From Squalus acanthias (lineage: Eukaryota): a DNA stretch of 64,000 nt. The first letter of the stretch is position 1. Each line of letters begins with the position of its first letter. Shown piece by piece: positions 1-11,224 of the stretch. The notes beneath the pieces are model-generated. The model worked only from the letters and a program-made list of their open reading frames with translations, did no database searches and was not told the origin of the DNA. The DNA is taken from NCBI GenBank assembly GCA_030390025.1, contig CM059432.1, forward strand, positions 25,236,001-25,300,000, in the 5' to 3' direction. Position numbers and translations under genes: made by a program.

Positions 1-82
1 CCAGTGATTGTTATTAATGTAGTCAAATTTCCCTCATAAATTCTTGTTAACCTCGTTTGCCCCTCTATTCTGCTGTCACTTT

Positions 83-824
83 GGGCCGAAAATTGATCCC
101 GGGACGCGAGAGTACGCACTGCATACTCTCGCGTATTCACACTCCAATTGCCGGTTTTCTGCATGCCCTGCGCATGCGCTGAAAACCGGCAATTGCTCTT
201 CTGAAAAGGGGGCGGGTCCTGGGTGCATCGCGTGCGCGCTACAGGCTGCGCGCACGCTGTGCACTTCATGCTTTGGACGCGCAGGTAAGTAGGGAAGATT
301 TTGGAAATGTAAAAAGGAGGAGTAAGACCCGCTTTTAAGAAGGTAAGTAGTGAATTAAGTATTTTTTTGAATTTTTTGTTACAGGTATATCTTTTTTAGA
401 GACTTTAAAGACAGGTAAGTTTATTTTTATAACTTTTTAAAAGATTTTAAATTTTTTCAAAAATTTAATTTTTTATTTAAAATGGTTAATTTAATTAACT
501 ATACTTATTTTATTAATGTGATGGTTTTTTTTTAATTTAATTGAGGTTTAGCTGTTATTTTGGGGGGGTGTAAGATTCATAGATTTCACAGCCATGCTGT
601 GAGACTTATGAATGGAAGATGGTGTGCTGCCATTGGCTCTAACTGAGTCACGTGATCCCACAGCTCGCACGAATTCACTACGCCACTGGGATACGCAAGC
701 CCAGCACAGCTGATGTCTGGAACATCAAGTTCGTGCGAGCTGGCTCTGAAAAAGCACAAGCGAGGTGAGACATCGCGGGGAAGGCTTACCCCCGCGGGAA
801 CAGAGCGAGATCAATTTCTGGGCC
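83..824. mobile_element. Harbinger-type MITE (GC-rich arms, AT-rich core)
   Basis: Imperfect TIRs gggccgaaaattgatc / gatcaatttctgggcc. Shares internal motifs (gcgcatgc, aaaccggc) in inverse orientation with 3672-4424. TSD not clean. Confidence 0.7.
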
Positions 825-1154
825 AATGTTTTATATTCAGATGGGAGGGAGGAGTTGTCAATCATTCAGTGGCTCTGACTTTGTTTTTCTTGTTACTGCT
901 CTTTTGATGATAATGGCAGATCTCTGCCCCATGCAGTGCCACGTCACCAGAGGAAGGGCAGTTGATATCCAAACTTATATTAGGTTTGAGGAGATTTTCC
1001 AAGTCCTCGCTTACAGCAAGGTGCCCGGCCCATGGCGAGCATGGATCAGTGGATGGAAAATTGTGGGCAGTGCACCCATTATTTTCTGATCTGTACTCGC
1101 AGTGGTATCCCACTGTGGAATGAGGATTTGGAAAGTCTACCTTGCTTTATTATA

Positions 1155-1595
1155 AGAAAGAAAACCTTGTATTTATATAGAGCCTTTCACAACCCCAGGA
1201 TATCTCAAAGTGCTTTGCAACCAACAAAGTACTTTTGAAGTGTAGTTACTGTTGTAATGTATGAAACGCGGCAGCCAATTGCACACAGCAAGCTCCCATA
1301 AACAGCAATGTGTTAACGACCAGATAACTTGTTTTTGTTATGTTGATTGAGGGATAAATATTGGCCAGAACACCGGGGATACCCTGCTCATCTTTAATAT
1401 AGTGCCATGGGATCTTTTATGTCCACCTGAGAGAATAGAAGGGGCCTTGGTTTAACATCTCATCTGAAAGATGGCACCTCTGACAGTGCAGCACTCCCTC
1501 AGTACTGCACTGGAGTGTCAGCCTAGATTTTTGTGCTCAAGTCTCCAGAGTGGGACATGAACACACAACCTTCTGACTCAGAGGCTACCCACTGA
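1155..1595 (-). mobile_element. Deu-domain (SacSINE1/AmnSINE-like) SINE
   Basis: Reverse complement of the repeat at 48520-48930 and 58815-59245 (gctgacactccagtgcagtactgaggg...ccaatatttatccctcaa...). Family name recalled from memory. Confidence 0.8.
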
Positions 1596-1774
1596 ATTAC
1601 TATCTGTTGTTTACTCTCCATCAAATGTTCAGTTTATTCTTCTGTCCAGAACCTTTCGTATTCAGTGCATAGATATGGTCTGCAAAACATATGCATTATA
1701 TTGTTGGGCATATTTGTGTGGAGGATGCGACTGTCGATTCTATTCTACTGCATTGACAATAATGGGAACACAGA

Positions 1775-4700
1775 TGTTTTTTTATTCATTTTTATGGGAT
1801 GTGGGCGTCGCTGGCAAGGCCAGCATTTATTCCCCATCACTAATTGCCCTTGAGAAGGTGGTGGTGAGCCACCTTCTTCAACTGCTGCAGGCCGTGTGGT
1901 GAAGCTATTCCCACAGTACTGTTAGGGAGGGACTACCAGGATTTTGATCCAACGACGATGAAGGATCGGCCATATACTTCTAAGTCAGGATGGTGTGTAA
2001 CTTGGAGGGGCACTTGGATGTGGTGGTGTTCCCATGCGCCTGCTGCCCTTGTCCTTCCAGGTGGAAGAGGTCACAGGTTTGGGAGGTGCTGCCGAAGAAG
2101 CCTTGGCGAGTTGCTGCAGTGCATCTTGTAGATGCTACACACTGCAGTCACAGTACGCTCGTGGTGGAGGGAGTGAATGTTTAAGGTGGTGGATGGGGTG
2201 CCAATCAAGCTTTGTCCTGGATGGTGTCGAGCTTCTTGGTTGTTGGAGCTGCACTCATCCAGGCAAGTGGAGAGTATTCCATCACGCACCTTACTTATGC
2301 CTTGTAGATGGTGGAAAGACTTTGGGAAGTCAGGAGGTGAGACACTCGCCGCAGAATACCTAGCCTCTGACCTGCTCTTGTTGCCACAGTATTTATGTGG
2401 CTGGTCCAGTTAAGTTTCTGGTCAATAGTGACCCCCAGGATGTTGATGGTGTGGGATTCGGCGATGGTAATGCCGTTGAATGTCAAGGGGCGGTTGTTAG
2501 ACTCTTGCTTGTTGGAGATAGTCATTGCCTTGCACTTGTGTGGCGCGAATGTTAACTGTCACTTATCAGCCCAAGCCTGAACGTCGTCCAGGTCTTATTG
2601 CATACGGGCATGGACTGCTTCATTATCTGAGGAGTTGTGAATGGTGTTGAACACTGTGCAGTCATCAGCGAACATCCCCATTTCTGACCTTATGTTGGAG
2701 GGAAGTTCATTGATGAAGCAGCTGAAGATGGTTGGGCCTAGGACACTGCCCTGAGGAACTCCTGCAGCGATATCCTGGGGCTGTGATGATTGACATTCAA
2801 CCACCACAACCATCTTCCTTTGTGCTAGGTATGACTCCAGCCAGTGGAGTGTTTTCCCCCCAATTCCCATTGACTTCAGATTTACTAGAGCTCCTTGATG
2901 CCACACTCAGTCAAATGCTACCTTGAGGTCAAGGGCAGTTACTCTCATCTCACATCTGGAATTCAGCTCCTTTGTCCATGTTTGGACCAAGGCTGTAATG
3001 AGGTCAGGAGCCGAGTGGTCTTGGCGGAACCCAAACTGGGCACCAGTGAGCAGGTTATTGGTGAGTAAGTGCCGCTTGATAGCACTGTCGATGACACCTT
3101 CCATCACTTTGCTGATGATTCAGAGTAGACTGATGGGGCGGTAATTGGCCAGACTGGATTTCATGGACCCTCTTCTTCCCGTTAGTTGTTTAATGGTCCA
3201 TCACCATTCATGACTGGATGTGGCAGGACTGCAGAGCTTTGATCTGATCCGTTGATTGTGGGATTGCTTAGCCCTGTCTATAGCATGCTACTTCTGCTTT
3301 TTAGCATGCATGTAGTCCTGTGTTGCAGCTTCCCCAGGTTGGCACCTCATTTTTAGGTACACCTGGTGCTGTTCCTGGCATGCTCTTCTACACTCGTTGT
3401 TGAACCAGGGTTGGTCCCCTGGCTTGATGGTAATAGTAGAGTGAGGGATATGCTGGGCCATGAGGTTACAGATTGTGGTGGAATACAATTCTGCTGCTGC
3501 TGATGACCCATAGCGCCTCAGGAATGCCCAGTTTTGAGCTGCTAGATCTGTTCTGAATCTATCACATTTAGCACGGTGGTAGTGCCACACCACACGATGC
3601 AGGGTGTCTTCAGTCTGAAGATGGGACTTTGTCTCCACAATGACTGTGCGGTGGTCACTGCTACCAACAATGGCCCGTATTTTCCAATCGCAGGCCTCCC
3701 GCGGGCGGAGGCCTGCAATCTGGAAAAATCTGCGCCCTTACCTGAGGGCTTCCGGGACGCACACGCTTCCACTCCTGGGCCTCACCAAACTTAAAGTGCG
3801 CAGGGCCCACGTATCCCAGGGGCACATGTAGTTCGCAGCGTCCCTGGGATCACGTGGGCCATGGGGAGCCAATCACAGAAGGGAATCTCCCTTCATACAT
3901 TTGACAGGAAGACCTGTCAAATATATAAATGGAGATCAATGAAAAAACATAGTAAAACTTTAAATAAATTTAAAAAAAAGCACATTTTTAAAATGACTTG
4001 AAATTACAATAAATTAAGTATTTTAAACAAAAATTAAATTTAAAAAAATAATAATTAAAGTTTTTTACGGGGCTAAAAATAAACTTAACTTTTTTTAAAG
4101 TATTTTTAAATGATAAATCAGTGAAAAATTTTTTTTTTTACTTTTTCAACTCTTATCCTGGTAAAAGCAGGCCTTTTGCCTGCTTTTACCAGGTGTAAGA
4201 ATTCTAAGGGTTTTCTGCGGGCGGAGGTTCTCCAGAAAGCAGAACTATCTGCCCGCAGAGGCCCTTTCCAGGGCAGGCGTCCGATCTGTCAAGACCATTC
4301 TTGACAGATCGGAAATGCTGGTTTTCAGCGCATGCACTGTGCATGCCTGAAACCGGCATCTCCGATGTCCCTACGGGTGGGTACACAGCGCGTACCCACC
4401 CGTAGGGATCGGAATATCTGGGCCAATGTCATGGAGAGATGCATCTGCGACAGGTAGATTGGTGAGGACGAGGTCAAGTAGGTTTTACCCTCGTGTTGGT
4501 TCTCTTACCACCTGTCGCAGGCACAGACTGGCAGCTATGTTCTTCAGGACTCGGCCAGCTCGGTCAGTAGTGGTGCTACCGAGCCTCTCGTGGTGATGGA
4601 CATTGAATTCCCCACCCAGAGTATATTCTGTGCCCTTGCTACTCTCAGTGCTTCTTCCAAGTGGTGTTCAACATGGAAGAGTACTGATTCATCAACTGAG

Positions 4701-5437
4701 GGAGGGCGGTAGGTGGTAATCAGAAGAAGGTTTCCTTGCCCATGCTTAACCTGAAGCCATGATACTTCATGGGGTCCGGTGTCAATGTTGAGGTCTCCCA
4801 GGGCCACTCCTTCCCAACTGTATACCACTGTGCCGCCACCCCTGGTGGGTCTGTCCTGCTGGTGGGACAGGACATACCCAGGGATGGTGATGGAGGAGTT
4901 TGGGACATTGGCTGAAAGGTTTAATTCTGTGAGTATGACTATGTCAGGCTGTTGCTTGACTAGTCTGTGAGACAGCTCTCCCAATTTTGGCATAAGTCCC
5001 CAGATGTTGGGGAGGAGGACTTTGCAGGGTTGACTGGGCGTGCCGTTGTCATGTCTGTAGCCGGTGCCGAGGTCGATGCCGCGTGGTCTGTCCAGTTTCA
5101 TTCTTATTATTGTGTTTCGTAGCAGTTTGTTACAACTGAGTGGCTTGCTAGGCCATTTGAGAGGGCAGTTAAGAGTCAACCACATTGCTGTGAGTCTGGA
5201 GTCACATACAGGCCAGACCAGGTAAGGACAGCAGATTTCCTTCCCTAAAGGACATTAGTGAACCAGTTGGGTTTTTACGACAATCCGATAGTTTCATTGT
5301 CACCATTACTGACACTAGCTTTTTATTCCAGATTTATTTAATTAACTGAATTTAAATTCCCCAGCTGCCATGGTGGATCAACAGTCCAGGCCTCTGGATT
5401 ACTAGTCCAGTGACATTACCACTATGCTACCATTCCC
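1775..5437 (-). mobile_element. Near full-length, decayed CR1/L2-group LINE (APE + RT, no ORF1) with tRNA-like 5' head
   Basis: APE motifs in ORF 5185-4544 (IWGL..KLGEL, PDIVILTE, GGGT, YRPP). RT motifs QFGFR, LDLKVAFD, GVPQGSVLGP and FADD in ORFs 3107-2595. A-rich 3' tail near 1780. Contains stops, a deletion near 3165 and a MITE insertion. Confidence 0.9.
3672..4424. mobile_element. Harbinger-type MITE inserted in the LINE
   Basis: TIRs ggcccgtattttcc / ggaatatctgggcc. 3-bp TSD AAT (3669-3671, 4425-4427). LINE sequence rejoins across it. Confidence 0.85.
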
Positions 5438-6099
5438 TGTGTGTGGGAATCGCATCTTATGAAAGGTAAGATGAAACCGTTTCCTGGGTTATTGTGCTTT
5501 TCATTATTTGACAATGGCTGGGCACCAACTCAAACATTACAACCAACTGTTGGAAAAGATAGATACAAATAAAAAGTGGTATATTGTTGCTGTGCAACGT
5601 ACTGATAAGATCTAAGCTGGAGGAGTGTAAGGTTAAAAAAGTTCAATCTCAACTGTCTAGAGAGAAGTTGACTAAGGGAGGATCTTGATAAAAAAAATAT
5701 TAAATGGTTCAGGTATAATAAATTGAAAATATTACTTTAAAGAAAGCCAGGCCAGTTGGACCAAAGTGTAAACTAGTGATATCAAAAGGAGCTTCTCCTT
5801 GCAGTGGGTAATAATGTCTGAATTAATTCGCGACGCAGGGTGGCAGAGAAAGAAAGGCCAAACTTCCTCTCCAGATACGCTGGTAAGCTAGTGTAACATG
5901 GTGGGGAGGGGATGGGAAAACGGGGCAGGAGAGAGGAAAATCGGGCAGGGAGCATCTGTAAATCCAATTATAATCTGTGCAAATCTGCAACATCGTCTGT
6001 CACTGATGAATAACAAAGCTTGTGAAGCAGTTGCTAGTGACATTCAAATGTTACGATGTATTATTGCATAAGGCAGGCTTGCGATTCTTTTCCCCCGAA

Positions 6100-7060
6100 T
6101 CCCTCCTAATTAGTTGCTGCAATTCGATGAATCTCCTCTGTTACGTTTTTTTTTAACTGTCGCTGTTGGGTCAAGGACTCAAAGTGTGTAGAGGAAATAA
6201 AAGAACTATGGGTAAGCGGTGTATGCATCTCAACCCCATTCATTAGATAATATGGAGTTTATGGGGACACTGTCCCTGATGCAGATGTGGGCACATTATT
6301 AAGTGATAGCTGTACTTCCGTAATGATGGCGGTCCACTTATTCCCCCTGATTCTCAACAGTTTGACCAATAATTTTATTACTTCCCGATTTTTACATTCC
6401 ACCAGCCCCGCTGATTGCGGATGACGTGGCGTGCTGTACTCTCACCCAATCCCCCTTTGTTCGCAGTAGTCTTTGAAGACCTTGGATACAAAGGCTCCGC
6501 CTTGATCAGAGTGTAAGATTTTGGGTGCACCAGCTACAGTAATTATATCAGAAATAGCCCTGGCGAGTGCGTTTTCCGAAACAGTTTTTGTGGGGACCAG
6601 CCAGCAGAAGGAAGTGCATCCATCCACACAAACGAGAACATGTCTATATCCCAAAGATGGGAAAAGTGGTCCAATAAAGTCAAAAAAGAATTTTCCCATT
6701 GGCCCCTCAGCTTTCATAGGAGCCAATGGTGGTGGCTTAATTTAGTGATGACTTATTAGTCAAATAGCATAGCTCACAATTTGCCACGTATATTTTACAG
6801 GCTTTAAGCATGCCTGTCCACCAATATAAGGGGGTCAATTTGCAGAATGTTGTTCTGGCACCACAATGTACTTAACTCATGCCCTTGTGAGCTTCTTTTA
6901 CAAGTTGTACTCATTTGTGGCTCGGGGGTACTTCTCGGTTTCCCTTGGGCAACTTAACTAGTACAATAGCCGTAGGGGTTTCCGAGTAAGTGTACTTTGG
7001 TGGATATTCTGGTGGATTCTCTGTTATCGGGTCTAATAGCTGAATCAGTTCCTCATCCTG
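6100..7060 (-). pseudogene. pol: Foamy-like integrase
   Basis: YPPKYTY..., AH..H..YWW..C..C zinc motif, FFFDFIGPLFPSLGYRHVLVCVDG, PKILHSDQGGAFVS, YSTPRHPQSAGLVECKN, KW..II.EVQLSLNN. These match prototype foamy virus IN (DYIGPLPPSQGY, HSDQGAAF, STPYHPQSSGKVERKN). Stops and frameshifts present. Confidence 0.92.
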
Positions 7061-7109
7061 ATTAGCTGCCCGTTCTGCCCTAGTGATTACACCCTCTCGA
7101 GGGGGTGTC

Positions 7110-7475
7110 ATGCAGACCGAACGTTTTGCTTGTTTGTCAGCAAAGCTATTTCCTTTTGAGTGTACTATCCCAGTAGCATGCCCGTTTACATGAATCACCT
7201 GACAATTCTATTTCTCCATCCTCGAACAGAGAATCTCTTCCCACAGTGTGGGTTTAATAGGGTCTGCTTTCTCTAAAGCACACCGTAATGCTGCGGCTTC
7301 AGCATATTGCGCTGTCTTATGGCCAAGGGGTTTAGACAGAAATTCTTCTGTATAAAAATAGGAATCTCAAAAGGTCTCCACTACTATCCACATCCCAGCT
7401 GACGATTGTTGGGATGTCTCTTTTTTAATCGTCATTGACGTTCCATCACAGTAAATAACTTGATGGTATTCTATA
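7110..7475 (-). pseudogene. pol: Foamy-like RNase H remnant
   Basis: YHQVIYCDGTS...SAGMWIV, PLGHKTAQYAEAAAL..ALEKA, HVNGH...HSKGNSFADKQA (cf. foamy FYTDGSA, PLGNHTAQMAE, GNALADKLA). Confidence 0.85.
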
Positions 7476-7499
7476 AGCAGTCTCATAGGTATTTATCTG

Positions 7500-7981
7500 A
7501 ATCCCTCCTCCATATCATCATCCTCCATGATGGGGAGATGCTCTATCTTTCCACATTGATTTGGATGGCGTTGTAGATAGGGATAATATTTTTTAATGAG
7601 TTGCTCGAGGAGGTCCTTTGCCTCCCCCCTCTAGGCAAGTTCGATCTAGCTGTGTTCGGACATGTTTTTCCCTGTCATCCATGTGGATGCTTTTACAGGT
7701 CTGGTTGAAATTTTAAAGTAATGTTGCATGTCTATTTGTCCTATAATGAGGGAACAGGCCAATTGTGATACCAGTCCTACATCTAGGGCCACTGTGATTC
7801 CATATATAGTAATAGGTATTTTGTATAAATTATTTATTTTGGTTTTGTCTTGTGTGAATCCCCCTAATGGTCTTTTACAAATTGGCTTTCACTTGTGTGT
7901 TTGTGGGCAAGGTTGCCAAGGCATAGAGGAATTCAAGAGGCCCTGGCTGGGTGCCAGGCCTTCAATCCTGGGATTGTTCAT
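7500..7981 (-). pseudogene. Probable pol N-terminus/protease remnant; RT domain deleted
   Basis: Lies between gag and RNase H. ATG at 7981 (MNNPRIEG). No YXDD motif and no protease catalytic motif seen. Confidence 0.45.
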
Positions 7982-8545
7982 CCTCAGAATTCTGAGTTTT
8001 ATTTGCTTCTTTGTCTTTAATTATTTTAACTGATTTTTGTTCCTCCTCTTGGGGGTTTCATGTTTTCCAGATCCCTGAGGGGGTTTGTCGGACCGTTTAT
8101 TATAATGGATTCTAAGCTGTCTATAGTTTTCTCGAAGATTGTTGTCATTTATTTCATCATGAGCTTGCCACCTTAACCGGAATCCATGGCCCCCAGGAGC
8201 ATAGGCTGCTTTGGGTCCTGCTATTCGACCATGGTTGTCATCACCTTGTTGGGCACCTTTCATTAGGCCTCCCAATTGTGCAGGTGTGCACCTTATCATT
8301 AAGGAATTTATTGGATCTGGAGTATTTGTTTGATTATCCCACTGGATATTCTGTATCCCCTGGTTCTGGGGATCAACATTAATCGTGCCATGAGTTTGAA
8401 CGGCTCCTTAGGCTTCAAAGCCTTCGATCTCAAAAATTATCACTTGGTTTTGTGGAGGTTCAGGGATAGGATTATTTCCCCTAATAAAGCAATCGTTTAA
8501 ATTTTCTAACAAAAAGACTTGGCCAATTCCGACAGGGTTTGCCAT
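7962..8545 (-). pseudogene. gag: Foamy-like Gag (N-terminal domain fused to a C-terminal tail; central part deleted)
   Basis: ATG 8545 is in frame with ORF 8299-8021 through one TAA (8410-8408). MANPVGIGQVFLLENLNDCFIRGNNPIPEPPQNQVIIFEIEG...PDPINSLMIRCTPAQL...HGRIAGPKAAYAPG aligns by eye with the foamy Gag N-terminal domain. Confidence 0.65.
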
Positions 8546-8820
8546 TTTTTCAGGACCTAACCTCGGTTAGGATTTAATTGCGTCAGGACCTAACCTCGGT
8601 TTGGGTTTAATATGAACTTTATAAGAAACTTCTAGACCTCAATGGTATATTGAGGGAGTTCTGATTTAAGTTCTACAAGGCCTGATCAGGAACTTGTCGT
8701 CTCTAGAAACTTAAATCTGGGTCTTAGTACCACTGTCAGTAAACACTCCTTCTACACTTAACAATCTACATGATGGATATAGATATAAATATAAGTATAG
8801 GTTCTGTATCAACTTGTTAA

Positions 8821-8838
8821 CACACACGTTGGGCGCCA
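8821..8838 (-). promoter_or_regulatory. Primer-binding site, tRNA-Lys1,2 type
   Basis: TGGCGCCCAACGTGTGTG, 2 nt after the LTR-terminal CA. First 14 nt identical to the foamy PBS TGGCGCCCAACGTGGGGC. Confidence 0.9.
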
Positions 8839-9849
8839 ACTGAAGGGATAATTACAAGTCCTAGCCCTTTTCGGGCTACCCCAGATCAGGCGTATTCCTC
8901 AGACGTTCACCTTCAATTAAAGTTAAAGATAGCCGAATTCTATAAGATGCTTAATTGGGTCTAAAGGTCAGACTACCTCTCCCTAAAGGAAAGGAACGAC
9001 GTGAAGATGTTACCGTCCTCCGGATAGCACTTTTAATAAGTTTAACTAGACTGTAACCTTCCGGATATTATGAGGGTCCGGAATACCCCCCCAGAATTCT
9101 TCAACTCCTTTGAGTATACAGAAATTGAGTTTGTGAGTTTATACAGAAATACTCTGTGAGATAATTCTAAAAATATATAGATTCATTAAAGAACCGACAT
9201 TTAGTTAATAGCTGTTATGGCAATCACAACTTTAACCGTTCAAAATACAAATAGCTTACATTTCTTATCAGAGATCATTATTCCCAAATCTTAACTTCAT
9301 TACATTTCCACACTTCAAATTTATTTCTTAATCCAGAATATCCACCAAAATCAAATACCTTGATTACCCGAGATTCAGAGTTGTAAACTTACAGAGCGTG
9401 CCTGTGAAGTTGAGAAATGCTTGCCCTTCCAGCGACTTCTGACTTTACATCTGAAAAGCTCTTATTTTTATACTTTTTTTTAGTGGTTTATTCTTTGAAG
9501 TATTCTGCTGATATAAGCTAATTGTTTCTAGTGATACTCTATTGAATTGTTTTCTATTCTTACTGTCATTTCAGCTGCTAACTCTTAGAATTCTGTCTGT
9601 ACCTTTAGGTGTTTCAAAAACTTATCATTTTTATGGTTATTATCGATTTATCTATTTGATGCCATTCTTAGGAAGTCTTTCTATTGAATTTCTAAATCAC
9701 CTCTGCTGTTTGTAACACAGACTCCTGTCTCCTTATGTTCCAAGTTTAACACATAAACAATGTAATTGCTTGGTGTCATCTATTGATGTAATATCTACAA
9801 AGTCTCTCTGTAGGTACTTTTTACAAATTGGAATTCAAAAACACTTCAT

Positions 9850-10289
9850 CTAGGGTTATACTCGCTGGAGTTGAGAAGAATGAGAGGGGATCTCATTGAA
9901 ACTTATAAAATTCTGACAGGAGAGGACAAACTAGATGCAGGAAGGATGTTCCCAATGGTCGGGGAGTCCAGAACCAGGGGTCACACTCTAAGGATAAGAG
10001 GTAAGCCATTTAGGACAGAAATGAGGAGGAATTTCTTCACCCAGAGAGTGGTGAACCTGTGGAATTCTCTGCCACAGAAGGCAGTAGAGGCCAATTCATT
10101 AAATAGATTCAAGAAGGAGTTGGATATATTTCTTAAGGCTAAAGGGATCAAGGGATATGGGGAGAAAGCAGGGACAGGGTAATGAATTTGGATGATCATT
10201 CATGATCGCATTGAATGGCGGAGCAGGCTAGAGGGGCCGAATGGCCTACTCCTGCTCCTATCTTCTATGATTCTATGATTCTATGTTCT
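9850..10289 (+). mobile_element. CR1 LINE 3' fragment inside the LTR
   Basis: RRMRGDLIETYKIL...TRGH...RRNFFTQRVVNLWNSLP, with a (ttctatga)n tail. Confidence 0.92.
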
Positions 10290-10331
10290 TTGCATTTCTT
10301 ATTTACTTCAATTGGTTATATTAAGAACCAT

Positions 10332-11224
10332 GGGGGAAAAATTCAGTTGGTTGCGCCTCCCGTTAGCGCCTTAAGAGGGCGCTAATGGGGCGCAAAGCAT
10401 CTAGCGCCCAGGCACGGCGAAGTTTGCGCCGCTCGCGAAATTAACTAGACTTTTGCGGCGGCGCTAAACACTACCGCCATGATCTCTTGCGCCGGCAGAT
10501 CGTGACGTCAGTCGAGTGCGCAACGCCCCGGTATCGCCCCGGAGCGGATATTGAGTGGCGCCCCCTGCCTTACCGCCTGACGCTAGCAACGACAGGTTGA
10601 GGGGAGCGTTCTGCAGTCATGAAGGGAAAGGGGGAGCGCTATTTAAAGGTGACCGCTTCCTGCCTTTTATTGTTGGTGCCATTTTTGAACTACGCATTCT
10701 GAGAGAGAGAGAGAGAGAGACTTCTGGAGAGATTCAACTTTGTGTGAAGGAGTTTTGGGTACTGAGCAGCACTTTGCAGGTTCATTTTGATTTGCCATTC
10801 CTTGTATCGATTTAGGAGAGACTGTGGGGGCTGCACTCTGAGCTCTTTGCCTCGTACTCTCCATTGTTCTTTCCAGCAGATTTGATGTGCAGGTCTCTCC
10901 AGGCCGAGATTCAAGGCTGCAATGAATGGATGTGGATGGAAAGCAAGATTAACCATCCCCTTTAAGAACTGGCCCGTGCCATTGTGTGTGTGTTCCATTG
11001 CTGACTGACATTACATGAGCTTCGCCAGCGCTCTGAGGTAACGCCTCGCTCCTCGGCCTTTGCGCCTTAAGACAGGTGTGAAGCGCCTGATTTAGCGCTC
11101 CAATCACCTCCAGGGTCGATAAAAGTCAAGTTTGCAGTCGGTGGCGATAATTAGCGCCAGGCGCTAATCTTTGCGCCCGGCCGATAATTGCGCCCCAAAT
11201 GGGGCGATACTGAATTTCTCCCCC
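10332..11224. mobile_element. 893-bp Harbinger MITE (deletion derivative of the 23914-28060 family)
   Basis: TIRs gggggaaaaattcagt / actgaatttctccccc, TSD CAT. Inverse copy of 44812-45704. Confidence 0.93.

Noticed and set aside
5460..6080. env or 3' LTR of the provirus
   Set aside because: No LTR similarity, matching TSD or env motif could be seen.
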